Shown here piece after piece: positions 42,513-52,745 of a DNA stretch of 64,000 nucleotides (its first letter is position 1; every line of letters starts with the position of its first letter). This DNA is from an uncultured Chloroflexia bacterium (GTDB lineage: Bacteria; Chloroflexota; Limnocylindria; Limnocylindrales; CSP1-4). The position numbers and the translations under genes were made by a program. Where the stretch lies: positions 571,656-635,655 of the forward strand of contig CAWHYQ010000001.1 of NCBI GenBank assembly GCA_963833705.1, in the 5' to 3' direction. Under the pieces are notes generated by a model, which did no database searches, was not told where the DNA came from, and saw only the letters and a list, made by a program, of their open reading frames with translations.

Positions 42513-43972
42513 CCCTTGCGTCCTGCCGCGAGCGGCTCTTCCAGCATGAACTTCCGGCTGGCGGCGTCATACGGCACGGGTTCCGGGTAGTGGCCATCGA
42601 AGCAGGCGAAGCAGAACCGTTCGTACGGCAAGTCGAGCGCGGCCAGCACGCCCCGGATGGACAGGTAGCCGAGCGAGTCCGCCCCGATGAATTCGCGGAT
42701 CTCCGGTTCGGTGTGCGTCGATGCGATGAGCTCGGTCTCGATCTGCGTGTCGATGCCGTAGAAGCACGGGTGATAGATCGGCGGAGCGCTGATGCGGACG
42801 TGGACCTCGGTGGCCCCGGCCTTGCGCAGCAACTCGACGATCCGCTTGGTCGTCGTCCCGCGCACGATCGAATCGTCGACGACGATGAGGCGCTTGCCGT
42901 TGACGACCTCGCGGAGCGGGTTGAGCTTGATCGTCACGCCGCGGTGCCGCAGCCCGGCCGATGGCTGGATGAAGGTCCGCCCGGCATAGCGGTTGCGGTA
43001 CATCCCCTCGCGGTACGGCAGGCCCGAGGCCTCGGCGAACCCGGCCGCGGCCGGCGCCCCCGTGTCGGGGACGGGCATCACGAGGTCGGCCCGGGCGGGG
43101 TGCTCGCCGGCCAGCTGCATGCCCATCCGGCGCCGCGCCTCGTACAGGTTGCGGCCCTCCATGTACGAATCCGGCCGGGCGAAGTAGATGAGCTCGAACA
43201 CGCACAGTGCGGGCGTCGCCGGCGCGAAGCGGACCGAGCGCGGCGGCTGGCCCGGCTCGAGGACGATCAGTTCGCCGGGCTCGATGTCCCGGACGTACTC
43301 GGCGCCGACGATGTCGAGCGCGGCGGTCTCCGACGACAGACACCAGCCGGCCGCGGCGTCGTCGCTCCGCCACAGGCCATCGTCCTCGCCGCCGACGGCT
43401 CGCGGCAGCCGGCCCAGGACGAGCGGGCGGAAACCGAACGGATCGCGCACGCCGATGACCCGACGCTCGTCGAGGACGACCAGGCTGTAGGCCCCACGGA
43501 CCCTCGGCAGCACGCGCTGGAGGGCCTCCACGGTGTCCGCCGCGGGCTCGTCGGCGAGAAGCGCCGTCAAGAGCTCGGTATCGGTCGAGGCCGGCAGTCT
43601 CGCCCGGCCACCGCGGAGTTGTTCGAGCAGGTCACGGGTGTTGACGAGGTTCCCGTTGTGGCCGATGGCCAAGGCGCGTCGCGGACCGAGCCGGTAGGTC
43701 GGCTGGGCGTTCTCCCAGATCGTCGAGCCGGTCGTGGAGTAGCGACAGTGCGCGATCGCCAGCTGGCCGCGCAGGCTCGGCAGCCGCCGCTCGTCGAGGA
43801 CCGACGCGATCAGTCCGAGGTCCTTGTACAGCATCAGCTGCTCGCCGTCGCTCACGGCAAGCCCGGCCGACTCCTGGCCGCGGTGCTGGAGCGCGAACAG
43901 GCCGAGCGCCGCGATCGACGCGACGTCCGTCGGTTCGCCGCCCGGCATGACCACCCCGAACACGCCGCACAC
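42509..43972 (-). CDS. purF: Amidophosphoribosyltransferase
   Basis: 487 aa. N-terminal nucleophile MCGVFGV and PRT motif LIVVDDSIVRGTT. Confidence 0.93.
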   Translation of the reverse strand: MCGVFGVVMPGGEPTDVASIAALGLFALQHRGQESAGLAVSDGEQLMLYKDLGLIASVLDERRLPSLRGQLAIAHCRYSTTGSTIWENAQPTYRLGPRRALAIGHNGNLVNTRDLLEQLRGGRARLPASTDTELLTALLADEPAADTVEALQRVLPRVRGAYSLVVLDERRVIGVRDPFGFRPLVLGRLPRAVGGEDDGLWRSDDAAAGWCLSSETAALDIVGAEYVRDIEPGELIVLEPGQPPRSVRFAPATPALCVFELIYFARPDSYMEGRNLYEARRRMGMQLAGEHPARADLVMPVPDTGAPAAAGFAEASGLPYREGMYRNRYAGRTFIQPSAGLRHRGVTIKLNPLREVVNGKRLIVVDDSIVRGTTTKRIVELLRKAGATEVHVRISAPPIYHPCFYGIDTQIETELIASTHTEPEIREFIGADSLGYLSIRGVLAALDLPYERFCFACFDGHYPEPVPYDAASRKFMLEEPLAAGRKG

Positions 43973-43975
43973 GAC

Positions 43976-46300
43976 TCAGCCCTCCCAACCGAGGGCCCGG
44001 CCGAGCCCGTGGTCCCAGGCGTGTCGAAGGTCGCGGAGCGGGACCTCGAGCGCATCGGCGACACGGCTGCCGCGGGCTTCGGCCGCACCGGTGGCGCCGC
44101 CGCCGGTCAGCTCCACCATCAGTCGCTCGCCACCGACCGAGCCGAGCGCCTCGACCGGCAACCCGTGCTGGCGGGCGAGGAGGGTCAGCGCCGGCGCGAA
44201 CTGGGGCCGGCAGCTCAGCAGCAGCCGCGATGGGCTCTCGCCGAACAGGTCCACGGCCGGCGAATGGACGATCGGGACGCGGACGACCGCGCCGAGGCCG
44301 CCCCACATCGCGCTTTCGGCAAGGGCGACGGCCAGTCCGCCACCGGCGACGTCCTGGGCCGAGGCGACCAGGCCGCGCGCGATGGACGCACGGATGAATC
44401 CCTGCGTCGCCGCCTCGAGGGCGAGATCGAGGCCGGGCGGGCCGTCCTCCGTGGCGGCGCCCGCAAGCGCCGCGTAGGCCGACCCGGCGAGCCCCGGCTG
44501 GGCCTCCCCGACAAGGATGACGGCGTCGCCCGCCGCGAGGAACGCCGGACCGACCAGGCTCGCGATGTCGTCGAGGAGCCCGACGACGCCGATCTCGGGT
44601 GTCGGCGCGATGGCGCCCGCCGGTGACTCGTTGTAGAGCGAGACATTGCCACCGGTCACGGGCAGCCCGAGCGCGACGCAGGCGTCGGCCAGCCCCCGGA
44701 CGCCCTCGGTCAGCTGCCAGAAGGCTTCGGGCCGCGTGGGATCGCCGTAGTTCAGGCAGTTCGTCACGCCGAGTGGCCGCGCCCCCGTGATGGACACGTT
44801 CCTGGTCGCCTCGGCCACCGATAGGGCCGCTCCGAGCCACGGATCGAGGGCGCCCACGGACTGGTTGCCGTCCGTGGTCGCGACCAGCGCCTTGGACGTC
44901 CCCTTCACGCGCAGGACGGCCGCGCCGCGACCAGGGCCCGCCACCGTGTCCGCACCGACGGTCGAGTCGTATTGATGGAAGACCGCGTGACGCGAGGCCA
45001 GGTTCGCGGAGCCGAGCAACGCCAGCAGCACCGCCCCGGGATCCATCCCGCGCTCCGGCAGACGATCGCTGACGGAGTCCGGTGCGCCGGGGGCGGGAGC
45101 CTCTCGCCGGTGCGTCGGTGCGGTCGCGACCCGCTGATGGACGACGGCGTCACTGGTCAGCGCACTTGCCGGGACGCGAGCGATCTCCCGTGCGCTCGGG
45201 GCTGGCAGGCCGAGGTCGGTCAGGCCACCCTCGACGATCGCGATGTCGCCATCGTCGGTCACCCGCCCGATGATCGCGACCGGCAGTCCCCATCGTTCGC
45301 ACACCTCGCGGACGGCCGGCCAGCGGTCGGGCAGGACAGCGGCACACATCCGTTCCTGCGACTCGGAGATCATCACCTCGAATGGCTGGAGACCGGGCTC
45401 ACGGCGAGGGATCGCATCGAGATCGACCACGATGCCGGTCCCAGCGCGGTCGGCCGTCTCCGACGTGGCGCACGTGATCCCGCCGGCGCCCAGGTCCTGG
45501 AGCCCCTCGACCAGGCCCCGCTCGATGAGCTCGAGCGATGCCTCGATGAGGAGCTTCTCGGCGAACGGGTCGCCGACCTGGACCGACGGCCGCTTGGACG
45601 GGTCGTCGTGGGTGAACGTGGCGCTGGCCAGGACCGACGCACCACCGATCCCGTCCCGCCCGGTGGCCGAACCGTAGAGCACCACGAGGTTGCCCGGTCC
45701 GGGGGCGATGGCGAGCGTCAGCCGGCGCTCTTCGAGCAGGCCGATGGCCATGACGTTGACCAGCGGGTTGCCGCCATAGCTCGGGTCGAACACCAGCTCG
45801 CCGCCGACCGTGGGGACGCCGACGCAGTTGCCGTAGCCGCCGACCCCACGCACGACGCCATCGACCTGGTGGCGGGTCCGAGGGTCCGCCGGGTCGCCGA
45901 AGCGGAGGGCGTCGAGGATGGCGATCGGTCGCGCGCCCATCGTGAAGATGTCGCGCAGGATCCCGCCGACACCGGTCGCCGCCCCCTGGTAGGGCTCGAC
46001 CGCCGACGGGTGGTTATGCGACTCGATCTTGAACGCGACCGCCAATCCATCCCCGATGGAGATGACGCCCGCGTTCTCGCCCGGCCCCGCCACCACGCCC
46101 TCGCCCGCGGTCGGCAGCGTGCGCAGGAGCGGCTTGGAACTCTTGTACGAGCAATGCTCGCTCCACATCACGCTGAACATGGCGAGCTCGAGGTCGTTCG
46201 GGTCGCGTCCGCCTAGACGCGCGCGGATGGCGTCGAGTTCGTCGTCGGTCACGCCGAGCCGGCGATGGAGCGGCTCCACGGGACGCTCGGCCACGGTCAC
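43976..46300 (-). CDS. purL: FGAM synthase II (large subunit)
   Basis: 774 aa. [19 protein letters not shown] and duplicated PurM-like domains. Confidence 0.93.
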   Translation of the reverse strand: MTVAERPVEPLHRRLGVTDDELDAIRARLGGRDPNDLELAMFSVMWSEHCSYKSSKPLLRTLPTAGEGVVAGPGENAGVISIGDGLAVAFKIESHNHPSAVEPYQGAATGVGGILRDIFTMGARPIAILDALRFGDPADPRTRHQVDGVVRGVGGYGNCVGVPTVGGELVFDPSYGGNPLVNVMAIGLLEERRLTLAIAPGPGNLVVLYGSATGRDGIGGASVLASATFTHDDPSKRPSVQVGDPFAEKLLIEASLELIERGLVEGLQDLGAGGITCATSETADRAGTGIVVDLDAIPRREPGLQPFEVMISESQERMCAAVLPDRWPAVREVCERWGLPVAIIGRVTDDGDIAIVEGGLTDLGLPAPSAREIARVPASALTSDAVVHQRVATAPTHRREAPAPGAPDSVSDRLPERGMDPGAVLLALLGSANLASRHAVFHQYDSTVGADTVAGPGRGAAVLRVKGTSKALVATTDGNQSVGALDPWLGAALSVAEATRNVSITGARPLGVTNCLNYGDPTRPEAFWQLTEGVRGLADACVALGLPVTGGNVSLYNESPAGAIAPTPEIGVVGLLDDIASLVGPAFLAAGDAVILVGEAQPGLAGSAYAALAGAATEDGPPGLDLALEAATQGFIRASIARGLVASAQDVAGGGLAVALAESAMWGGLGAVVRVPIVHSPAVDLFGESPSRLLLSCRPQFAPALTLLARQHGLPVEALGSVGGERLMVELTGGGATGAAEARGSRVADALEVPLRDLRHAWDHGLGRALGWEG

Positions 46301-47052
46301 CGCAAGCCCATGGCCACGGCGCCGACCGGGGTCGGATCGCCCGACCCGGCGCGCGCGGCGCTCTCCACCAGCGAGCGCACGATGCCACGGCCATCGTCGG
46401 AACCCAGGATGGCCTCGGCCGCGCGCTCCGGGTGTGGCATGAGACCGGCGACGTTACCGGCGGCGTTGATCACGCCGGCGATGGCCCGCACCGAGCCGTT
46501 CGGATTGCCGGCGTCTTCGGGGCCGGCGGCCTCCCCCGACGCGTCCACGTAGCGGAAGATGACCCCGCGGTCCCGTTCGAGGGCGTCGAGGGTCGGGTCG
46601 TCGGCGTAGTAGCGGCCCTCGCCGTGCGCGACGGGCATGCGCAGCGGTCGCCGCCCGTCGAGGGCATGGGTGAAGGCGGTATCCAGCCGCTCGGGCGCGA
46701 TCGTGACCTCCTGGCCGGCGAACCGGAGCGAGGCGTTCCGGAGCAGAGCGCCCGGCACGAGCCCGGCCTCCGCGAGAACCTGGAACCCGTTGCAGATGCC
46801 CAGCACGAGCCCGCCGCCGGCGGCGAAGTCGGCGACCGAGCGCATCACCGGGCTGAACCGCGCGATGACGCCCGCACGGACGTAGTCGCCGTAGGCGAAG
46901 CCACCGGGCAGGACGACCGCGGCGACGCCGTCGAGCGTCGCCGCCTCGTGCCACAGGACGACCGGTTCGGCGCCGGTCAACTCGAGCGCATGGACCGTGT
47001 CACGGTCGCAGTTGCTGCCCGGGAAGACGACGACACCGATGCGAACCGGCAT
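46297..47052 (-). CDS. purQ: FGAM synthase I (glutaminase subunit)
   Basis: 251 aa. [12 protein letters not shown], catalytic Cys in GICNGFQ, and MPHPER. Confidence 0.9.
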   Translation of the reverse strand: MPVRIGVVVFPGSNCDRDTVHALELTGAEPVVLWHEAATLDGVAAVVLPGGFAYGDYVRAGVIARFSPVMRSVADFAAGGGLVLGICNGFQVLAEAGLVPGALLRNASLRFAGQEVTIAPERLDTAFTHALDGRRPLRMPVAHGEGRYYADDPTLDALERDRGVIFRYVDASGEAAGPEDAGNPNGSVRAIAGVINAAGNVAGLMPHPERAAEAILGSDDGRGIVRSLVESAARAGSGDPTPVGAVAMGLR

Positions 47053-47351
47053 CGCTCAGCCCTCCCCGCCCCGGCCGGGACGCCGACGGCGGACGAGGCG
47101 GCCGCGAGTGTCTCGATGGCATAGACCTCGATGAGCGGGTTCGACAGCAGCTCTGTGGCAAGCCTGTCCACCACTGCGCGAGCGGCCGCCTCGCCGTCCG
47201 CGTCCACCGTCAACTCGACCCGGCGACCGATGCGGACGCCGCTGACGCCGTCGATGCCGAGGTGACCGAGGCTGCCCTCGACCGCGCGCCCGGCCGGATC
47301 GAGGATCCCGGGCTTGGGCGTGACGTTGACCGCGAACCGGAAGGTGCTCAT
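46977..47351 (-). CDS. purS: FGAM synthase PurS subunit with an unusual C-terminal extension overlapping purQ
   Basis: The first ~82 aa (MSTFRFAVNVTPKPGILDPAGRAVEGSLGHLG...NPLIEVYAIETL) is PurS-like. The ORF then runs ~40 more codons, overlapping purQ by 76 nt. Confidence 0.75.
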   Translation of the reverse strand: MSTFRFAVNVTPKPGILDPAGRAVEGSLGHLGIDGVSGVRIGRRVELTVDADGEAAARAVVDRLATELLSNPLIEVYAIETLAAASSAVGVPAGAGRAERCRFASVSSSSRAATATVTRSMRSS

Positions 47352-48301
47352 GGGGCGATGACGTCCTCCTCGAGATAGCGCGCGAAGCTCGCCCCGGTCA
47401 CCCGCTCGTAGGCCTCGATGTAGCGCGACCGCGTGCCATCGATGACGTCATCCGGCAGCGCCGGGCCTGGCGCGGTCTTGTCCCACGGCTGGCGCTCGAG
47501 CCAATCGCGCACGAACTGCTTGTCGAAGCTCGCCTGCGCCCGACCGGGCTCATACGTGGCGGCATCCCAGAACCTCGATGAATCTGGGGTCATGACCTCA
47601 TCGATCAGGATGATCCGGGACTCGAGGGGGTCCTCGGCCGGCCCCGGGGCGAATCCGAACTCGAACTTCGTATCGGCCAGGAGGATGCCGCGGCGAGCGG
47701 CGTGCGCGGCCCCGTGCCGGTACAGCCGCAGCGCGTGGCCCCGGACGGTCTCGGTCACGACCGCCGCGACCGCCGCCGAGAGGCCGCCATGCGCGGCGAC
47801 GTGCTCGACCATGTGGTCGAAGCTGATGTTCTCGTCGTGCTCGCCATCCTCGGCCTTCGTGGCGGGCGTGAAGATGGGCTCGGGGAGCGCTTCGCTCTCC
47901 CGTAGCCCGGACGCCAGGGCGATGCCGCAGACCGTGCCACGCTCGCGATACTCCTTCCAGCCGGAACCGGCCAGGAACCCCCGGACGACCGCCTCGATGG
48001 GGATGACCTCGGTCGCTCGACAGACCATGACCCGGCCGCGCAGGTCGGGCAGCCCCGCGACCGCCGCGTCATCCCCCTCGAGCAGGTGGTTCCCGACGAT
48101 CCCGGCCGTTTCCCCGAACCAGAACCGCGACAGCCCGGTCAGGACACGACCCTTGTCCGGGATCACGCTCGGCAGGACGACATCGAACGCGGAGATCCGA
48201 TCCGACGCGACGATGGCCAGCCGCCCGTCGGAGAGCTGGAACAGGTCGCGGACCTTGCCCGATCGAAGGTAGGACTCAGCCAGCATCGCCGACCTCCACA
48301 C
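47348..48301 (-). CDS. purC: SAICAR synthetase (long form)
   Basis: 317 aa. GKVRDLF...ASDRISAFD. The start may instead be the ATG at 48286. Confidence 0.88.
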   Translation of the reverse strand: MWRSAMLAESYLRSGKVRDLFQLSDGRLAIVASDRISAFDVVLPSVIPDKGRVLTGLSRFWFGETAGIVGNHLLEGDDAAVAGLPDLRGRVMVCRATEVIPIEAVVRGFLAGSGWKEYRERGTVCGIALASGLRESEALPEPIFTPATKAEDGEHDENISFDHMVEHVAAHGGLSAAVAAVVTETVRGHALRLYRHGAAHAARRGILLADTKFEFGFAPGPAEDPLESRIILIDEVMTPDSSRFWDAATYEPGRAQASFDKQFVRDWLERQPWDKTAPGPALPDDVIDGTRSRYIEAYERVTGASFARYLEEDVIAP

Positions 48302-49631
48302 GCTGGCCGGCCGATCGGGCGGCCAGCGCCGACTCCAGGTCGTCCAGTCGGGCGATGATCGTGGGAGCGTGCCGAAGGAAAGAGCTCTCCTCGAAACAGG
48401 CGTCGAGCTTCGCCAGCGACAGGCGCTGGGCCACGACCGGATCGACCGCCAGGAGGTCGCGCAGCGCGGTGCGCTCGTCGGCGGCCCGGAGCGACGCTCG
48501 CTGGACGATCGAGTAGGCCTCCTCGCGGCCCAGGCCGGCGTCGTCCACGAGCGCCACGAGCACGCGCGACGAAGCGTGCAGACCCTGCCCGCGGGCGATG
48601 TTCTCGCGCATCCGGTCGGGCCGCACGAGCAGCCCCTCGACGAGCCCGGTCATGCGCACGAGCATGTAGTCGAGCACGATCGTCGCGTCGGGGAGGATCA
48701 CGCGCTCGGCGCTGCTATGGCTGATGTCGCGCTCGTGCCACAGCGGCTGGTCCTCGAGCGCAGTCCCGGCATATCCCCGCAGCAGCCGGGCCAGCCCCGC
48801 GATCCGTTCGGACAGGATCGGGTTGCGCTTGTGGGGCATCGCCGACGACCCCTTCTGACCCGCCTTGAACGGTTCCTGGAGCTCGCCGATCTCGGTGTGC
48901 TGGAGGTTGCGGATCTCCGTCGCGAAGCGCTCGAGCGACCCGCCGAGGATCGCGATGGATGTCAGGAGGGCGGCATGACGATCGCGTTGGACGATCTGCG
49001 TGCTGACCGAGTCGACGCGCAGGCCGAGCGCCGTCAGCACGTCCGCTTCGAGGTCCGGACCGAGATGGCTGTACGTTCCGACCGGCCCCGAGATCTTGCC
49101 CGTGGCGATCTCGTCGACCGCGACCGCGAGCCGCGTCCGCCCGCGCTCGACCTCGAACGCCCATCCCGCGAGCTTCAGGCCAAGCGTGGTCGGCTCGGCA
49201 TGGACCGAATGCGTCCGACCCATCATCACGGTCCCCGCCTCCGACCGGGCGCGCACGAGCAGGGCGGACAGGAGCCGATCGGCGTCGTCCACCAGCCGAT
49301 CGCCGGCGGCGCGGAGTTGGAGCGCGAGGCCCGTGTCGACGACGTCGCTGCTCGTCAGCCCGAGGTGGAGGTAGCGGCCCTCCGGACCGACCGACTCGGC
49401 GACCTGGGTGACGAAGGCGATGACATCGTGGTCGGTCGTCCGCTCGATCTCTGCGATGCGGGCCACGTCCACGACCGACCGCGTCTCCAGCGCGGCGAGG
49501 GCGTCTGGCGGGATCTGGCCCGCCGCGCACTGGGCACGCGCCACGGCCAGCTCGACCTTGAGCATGGCCTCGAAGCGCGCCGTCTCGGACCAGATCGCCC
49601 CCATCTCGGGGAGCGTGTAGCGAGGGATCAT
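48276..49631 (-). CDS. purB: Adenylosuccinate lyase
   Basis: ATG at 49631 (ATGA overlap with the purD stop). MIPRYTLPEMGAIWSE... and fumarate-lyase signature GSSAMPHKRNP. Confidence 0.9.
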   Translation of the reverse strand: MIPRYTLPEMGAIWSETARFEAMLKVELAVARAQCAAGQIPPDALAALETRSVVDVARIAEIERTTDHDVIAFVTQVAESVGPEGRYLHLGLTSSDVVDTGLALQLRAAGDRLVDDADRLLSALLVRARSEAGTVMMGRTHSVHAEPTTLGLKLAGWAFEVERGRTRLAVAVDEIATGKISGPVGTYSHLGPDLEADVLTALGLRVDSVSTQIVQRDRHAALLTSIAILGGSLERFATEIRNLQHTEIGELQEPFKAGQKGSSAMPHKRNPILSERIAGLARLLRGYAGTALEDQPLWHERDISHSSAERVILPDATIVLDYMLVRMTGLVEGLLVRPDRMRENIARGQGLHASSRVLVALVDDAGLGREEAYSIVQRASLRAADERTALRDLLAVDPVVAQRLSLAKLDACFEESSFLRHAPTIIARLDDLESALAARSAGQRVEVGDAG

Positions 49632-50947
49632 CGGACGGCCACGGATGCCTGGACGTCGGCCGCGATGTCGTGCCGTCGCCGTGAACCGGGCCACGAGATC
49701 AGGTCCGCCGCCGCCTCGGCCGCAGCCCTGGCGGCCGGGAGGTCCACACCGCGGCCGACGACGGTCAGGATCCTTCCGCCATCGGTGACCCAGCCGGTTT
49801 CCGTGCGCCTCGTCCCGGCGTGGAACACGAGGGCCCCGAGGTCGCGTGCGGCCGCGATCCCGCTGATCCGTTCGCCCGCGCTCGATGCGGTCGGATAGGA
49901 CTCGCCGGCGACGACGATGCCGACGGCGGCGCCCGGGATCACCGGCAGGGCGGCATCGGGCGGGAGGGCACCCGTGGCCGCGGCGAACAGCCACGGTCCG
50001 ATGGCGCCACCCAGCCTGGCGAGGATGACCTGCGCCTCGGGATCGCCGAGTCGGGCGTTGCATTCGAGCAGTGCCGGACCGTCCGTCGTGAGGATGAGGC
50101 CCGCGAACAGGAACCCGCGGAACGGCGCGCCGCGACCGGCCAGCTCGGCCAGGATCGGCCGGTGGACCTCGGTGAGGATCCGCTCGATGTCGGCGTCATC
50201 GAGGTCGGGCAGCGGCGAATATGCCCCCATCCCGCCGGTGTTCGGGCCGGTATCGCCATCACCGAGCCGCTTGTGGTCACGGGCGACGGGCAGCGCGACG
50301 GCGCGGACGCCGTCGCACACGGCGATGACGCTCGCCTCGGGGCCGAACAGGCGTTCCTCGACGAGGACGTCCCGATCGGGCGTCCCGGGCCCGTACAGGG
50401 CGTCGAGCAGCGTGGCCGCCTCCTCCACGGGCGTCGCTCCCGGGCCGAAGACGGTGACGCCCTTGCCGCCCGCCAGACCGTCCTCCTTGACGACGAAACC
50501 GGTCCCACCGGCGGCGAACCGTGCGATCGCCCGCTCCGACGCCGCACGTGACGTGCAGGTCTCCGCGGCCGCCATCCGGACGCCGGCATGTTCGGCGACG
50601 TCGTGACAGAACGCCTTCGACCATTCGATCTCGGACGCTGTGCGCGTGGCGCCGAAGACGGGGATGCGCGCCTCCATGAGTGCGTCGGCCAGGCCGGCCG
50701 CCAGCGGCGCCTCCGGGCCCACCACCACGAGCTCCACGGCGCATTCCCGAGCGAGGCCGACGATGCCCGCGAGGTCGGTCGCCGCGACGTTCGCGACGGT
50801 GACCCGCGGCTCTTCCGCGATCCCGGCACTGCCCGGCGCGACGATGACCTCGTTGACGCCGGGCTCGGCGGCGAATTTCCAGGCCAGGGCGTGCTCGCGA
50901 CCGCCGCCCCCGACGACGAGGATCCGGGTCGGCATGATCAGGCTCAT
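49628..50947 (-). CDS. purD: GAR synthetase
   Basis: ATG at 50947 (ATGA overlap with the purA stop). ILVVGGGGREHALAWK and an ATP-grasp body. Confidence 0.88.
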   Translation of the reverse strand: MSLIMPTRILVVGGGGREHALAWKFAAEPGVNEVIVAPGSAGIAEEPRVTVANVAATDLAGIVGLARECAVELVVVGPEAPLAAGLADALMEARIPVFGATRTASEIEWSKAFCHDVAEHAGVRMAAAETCTSRAASERAIARFAAGGTGFVVKEDGLAGGKGVTVFGPGATPVEEAATLLDALYGPGTPDRDVLVEERLFGPEASVIAVCDGVRAVALPVARDHKRLGDGDTGPNTGGMGAYSPLPDLDDADIERILTEVHRPILAELAGRGAPFRGFLFAGLILTTDGPALLECNARLGDPEAQVILARLGGAIGPWLFAAATGALPPDAALPVIPGAAVGIVVAGESYPTASSAGERISGIAAARDLGALVFHAGTRRTETGWVTDGGRILTVVGRGVDLPAARAAAEAAADLISWPGSRRRHDIAADVQASVAVR

Positions 50948-52252
50948 GCCGGGATGCCCGGCCGGTGGCGCATCGGACGCCAGGCGCGCTCGATCGTCTG
51001 GGTCCGCTCGGGACCGACCGAGACGAGGACGATCGGGACCCCGGCGTGCTCCTCGATCGCCGAGAGGTAGCGCCGGGCGTTCTCGGGCAGGTCGCCGAGC
51101 GAGCGGACCGAGTGGATCGGCTCGGCCCAGCCGGGGAACGCCTCGTAGATCGGCGTCGCTCGCGAGAGGGCGGCACCGCTCGATGGCCAAGTCTCGACCC
51201 GACGGCCGTCGAGGTCATAGGCGACGCACAACCGGATCGTGTCGATGCCGGACAGGATGTCGAGCTTGTTGAGCATGATGCTGCTGACGCTGTTGACGGC
51301 GACGGCGTAGCGCAACGGGACCGCGTCGAACCAGCCGACGCGGCGCGGTCGCCCCGTGACGGTCCCGAACTCGTGGCCCCGCTCCGCGATGCCGGCGCCG
51401 ATCTCGTCATGCAGCTCGGTCGGGTACGGCCCGGAGCCGACGCGCGTCGAATAGGCCTTCATGACCCCGATGACCTCGTCGACCTGGAGCGGGCCGATGC
51501 CACCGCCGGTGCAGGCGCCGCCCGCCACCGGGTTCGACGACGTGACGTACGGGTAGCTGCCGTGATCGAGGTCGAGCAAGGTGCCCTGGGCGCCTTCCAG
51601 CAGGACGTGTTCGCCGCGTGCGAGCGCCGCCTGGACGAGCCAGGTGGTGTCGTCCAGATGGTCGCGCAACCGCTCACCCCAGGCCACGGCCCCCTCCACC
51701 AGCGGCTCGACCTCGAAACTCGGGCCGGCCATCGAGCCGAGGAGCAGAATTCTTGTCGGGCAACACGCGTCCGATCCGCTCGCGCAGGACGGCTCGATCG
51801 AGCAGGTCCTCCATACGCAGCCCCAGCCGCCACGCGCGATCGCCATAGGTGGGCCCGATGCCGCGACCCGTCGTGCCGACCTTGGCACCACCGAGCCGCG
51901 CCTCATTGGCGACGTCGAGGGCCACGTGGTACGGCATGATCACGTGCGCGCTGCGGCTGACGCGGACGCGCGAGACGTCGATCCCGCGTGCGGTGAGCAT
52001 GTCCAACTCGTCGATGAGGGTCAGCGGGTTGACGACCACGCCGTTGCCGATGACCGAGGTGATGTGCGGATACAGCACCCCCGACGGGGTGAGCCGGAGC
52101 TTGAACACCTCGTCGCCGCTGACCACCGTGTGGCCCGCGTTATCCCCGCCCTGGTAGCGCACGACCATCGCCACCTGCTCCGCCAGGAAGTCGGTCGTCT
52201 TGCCCTTCCCCTCGTCCCCCCACTGCAACCCCACGATCACGGTCGCCGGCAT
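50944..52252 (-). pseudogene. purA: Adenylosuccinate synthetase with one apparent frameshift near 51746-51753
   Basis: N-terminal ORF 51674-52252 (VIVGLQWGDEGKGKTTD...RVLPDKN) and C-terminal ORF 50944-51906 (...LLLGSMAGPSFEVEPLVE...LEGAQGTLLDLDHGSYPYVTSSN...GTVTGRPRRVGW...) are consecutive parts of one ~435-aa protein in different frames. The junction reads aag aat t ctg ctc. Confidence 0.85.
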
Positions 52253-52440
52253 CAGCAGGACACCATGCGATCAGCGCTGGTCCGTGCTGCCATCGACGCG
52301 GTATACCGAGAATCGGCGCGCTGGACGGTCGAGGCGAAGGCGGGAGGCGAGCAAGGGAGCGAGCGCACCCCAAGGTGCGTGAGCGACCGGCGGAACCTCC
52401 CAACGCGCGCATCGGGCGTCCAGCGCGGCGCCGCGACATC

Positions 52441-52470
52441 CAAAAAGCCCCCGACCTTCGGTCTGGGGCT
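52441..52470 (-). terminator. Intrinsic terminator-like hairpin about 190 nt upstream of the purA start
   Basis: Minus strand: AGCCCCAGACC-gaa-GGTCGGGGGCT (one mismatch) followed by TTTTG. Confidence 0.65.
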
Positions 52471-52625
52471 TTGGATAGACATCTCCCGTTTCGCGCCGCC
52501 GACCGTTCGGCGGATCGCCACCAACGTCCGGTCGCTCGGCCGGCTCACGGGACGGCCGATGCGCCCTGAAAGCGCGATCGCTGACCTCCTGGTTCGCGGG
52601 CCGCGCCCGCTGGTATCGAGGACGG
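52471..52625 (-). ncRNA. Candidate structured leader RNA or sRNA ending at the terminator above (class unknown)
   Basis: Lies in a ~490-nt non-coding gap. TATACT hexamer on the minus strand at 52630-52635. Several GC-rich hairpins (GCGGGC-gcg-GCCCGC, CGGCCG-N10-CGGCCG, GACCG...GGCG-atc-CGCC...CGGTC). No credible ORF ends before the terminator. Confidence 0.3.
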
Positions 52626-52745
52626 CGGGAGTATAGCAGGGCGAACCGGGTGGGGCCGGCGCGCACCACGAACGGTACTTCTGCCGACCCGTTGTAGTAC
52701 TTCCGGACGGACCGGTCGAGGCGCCTCGAACCGTAGCCTTGATCG

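Noticed and set aside
52471-52625. Naming the purA leader as a ZTP (pfl), purine, THF or ykkC/PRPP riboswitch.
   Set aside because: The diagnostic CCGCCUGGGC / UGGCG pseudoknot of ZTP and the purine three-way-junction consensus are not present. The ykkC-like similarity is partial. It is left as unknown class pending a covariance-model search.
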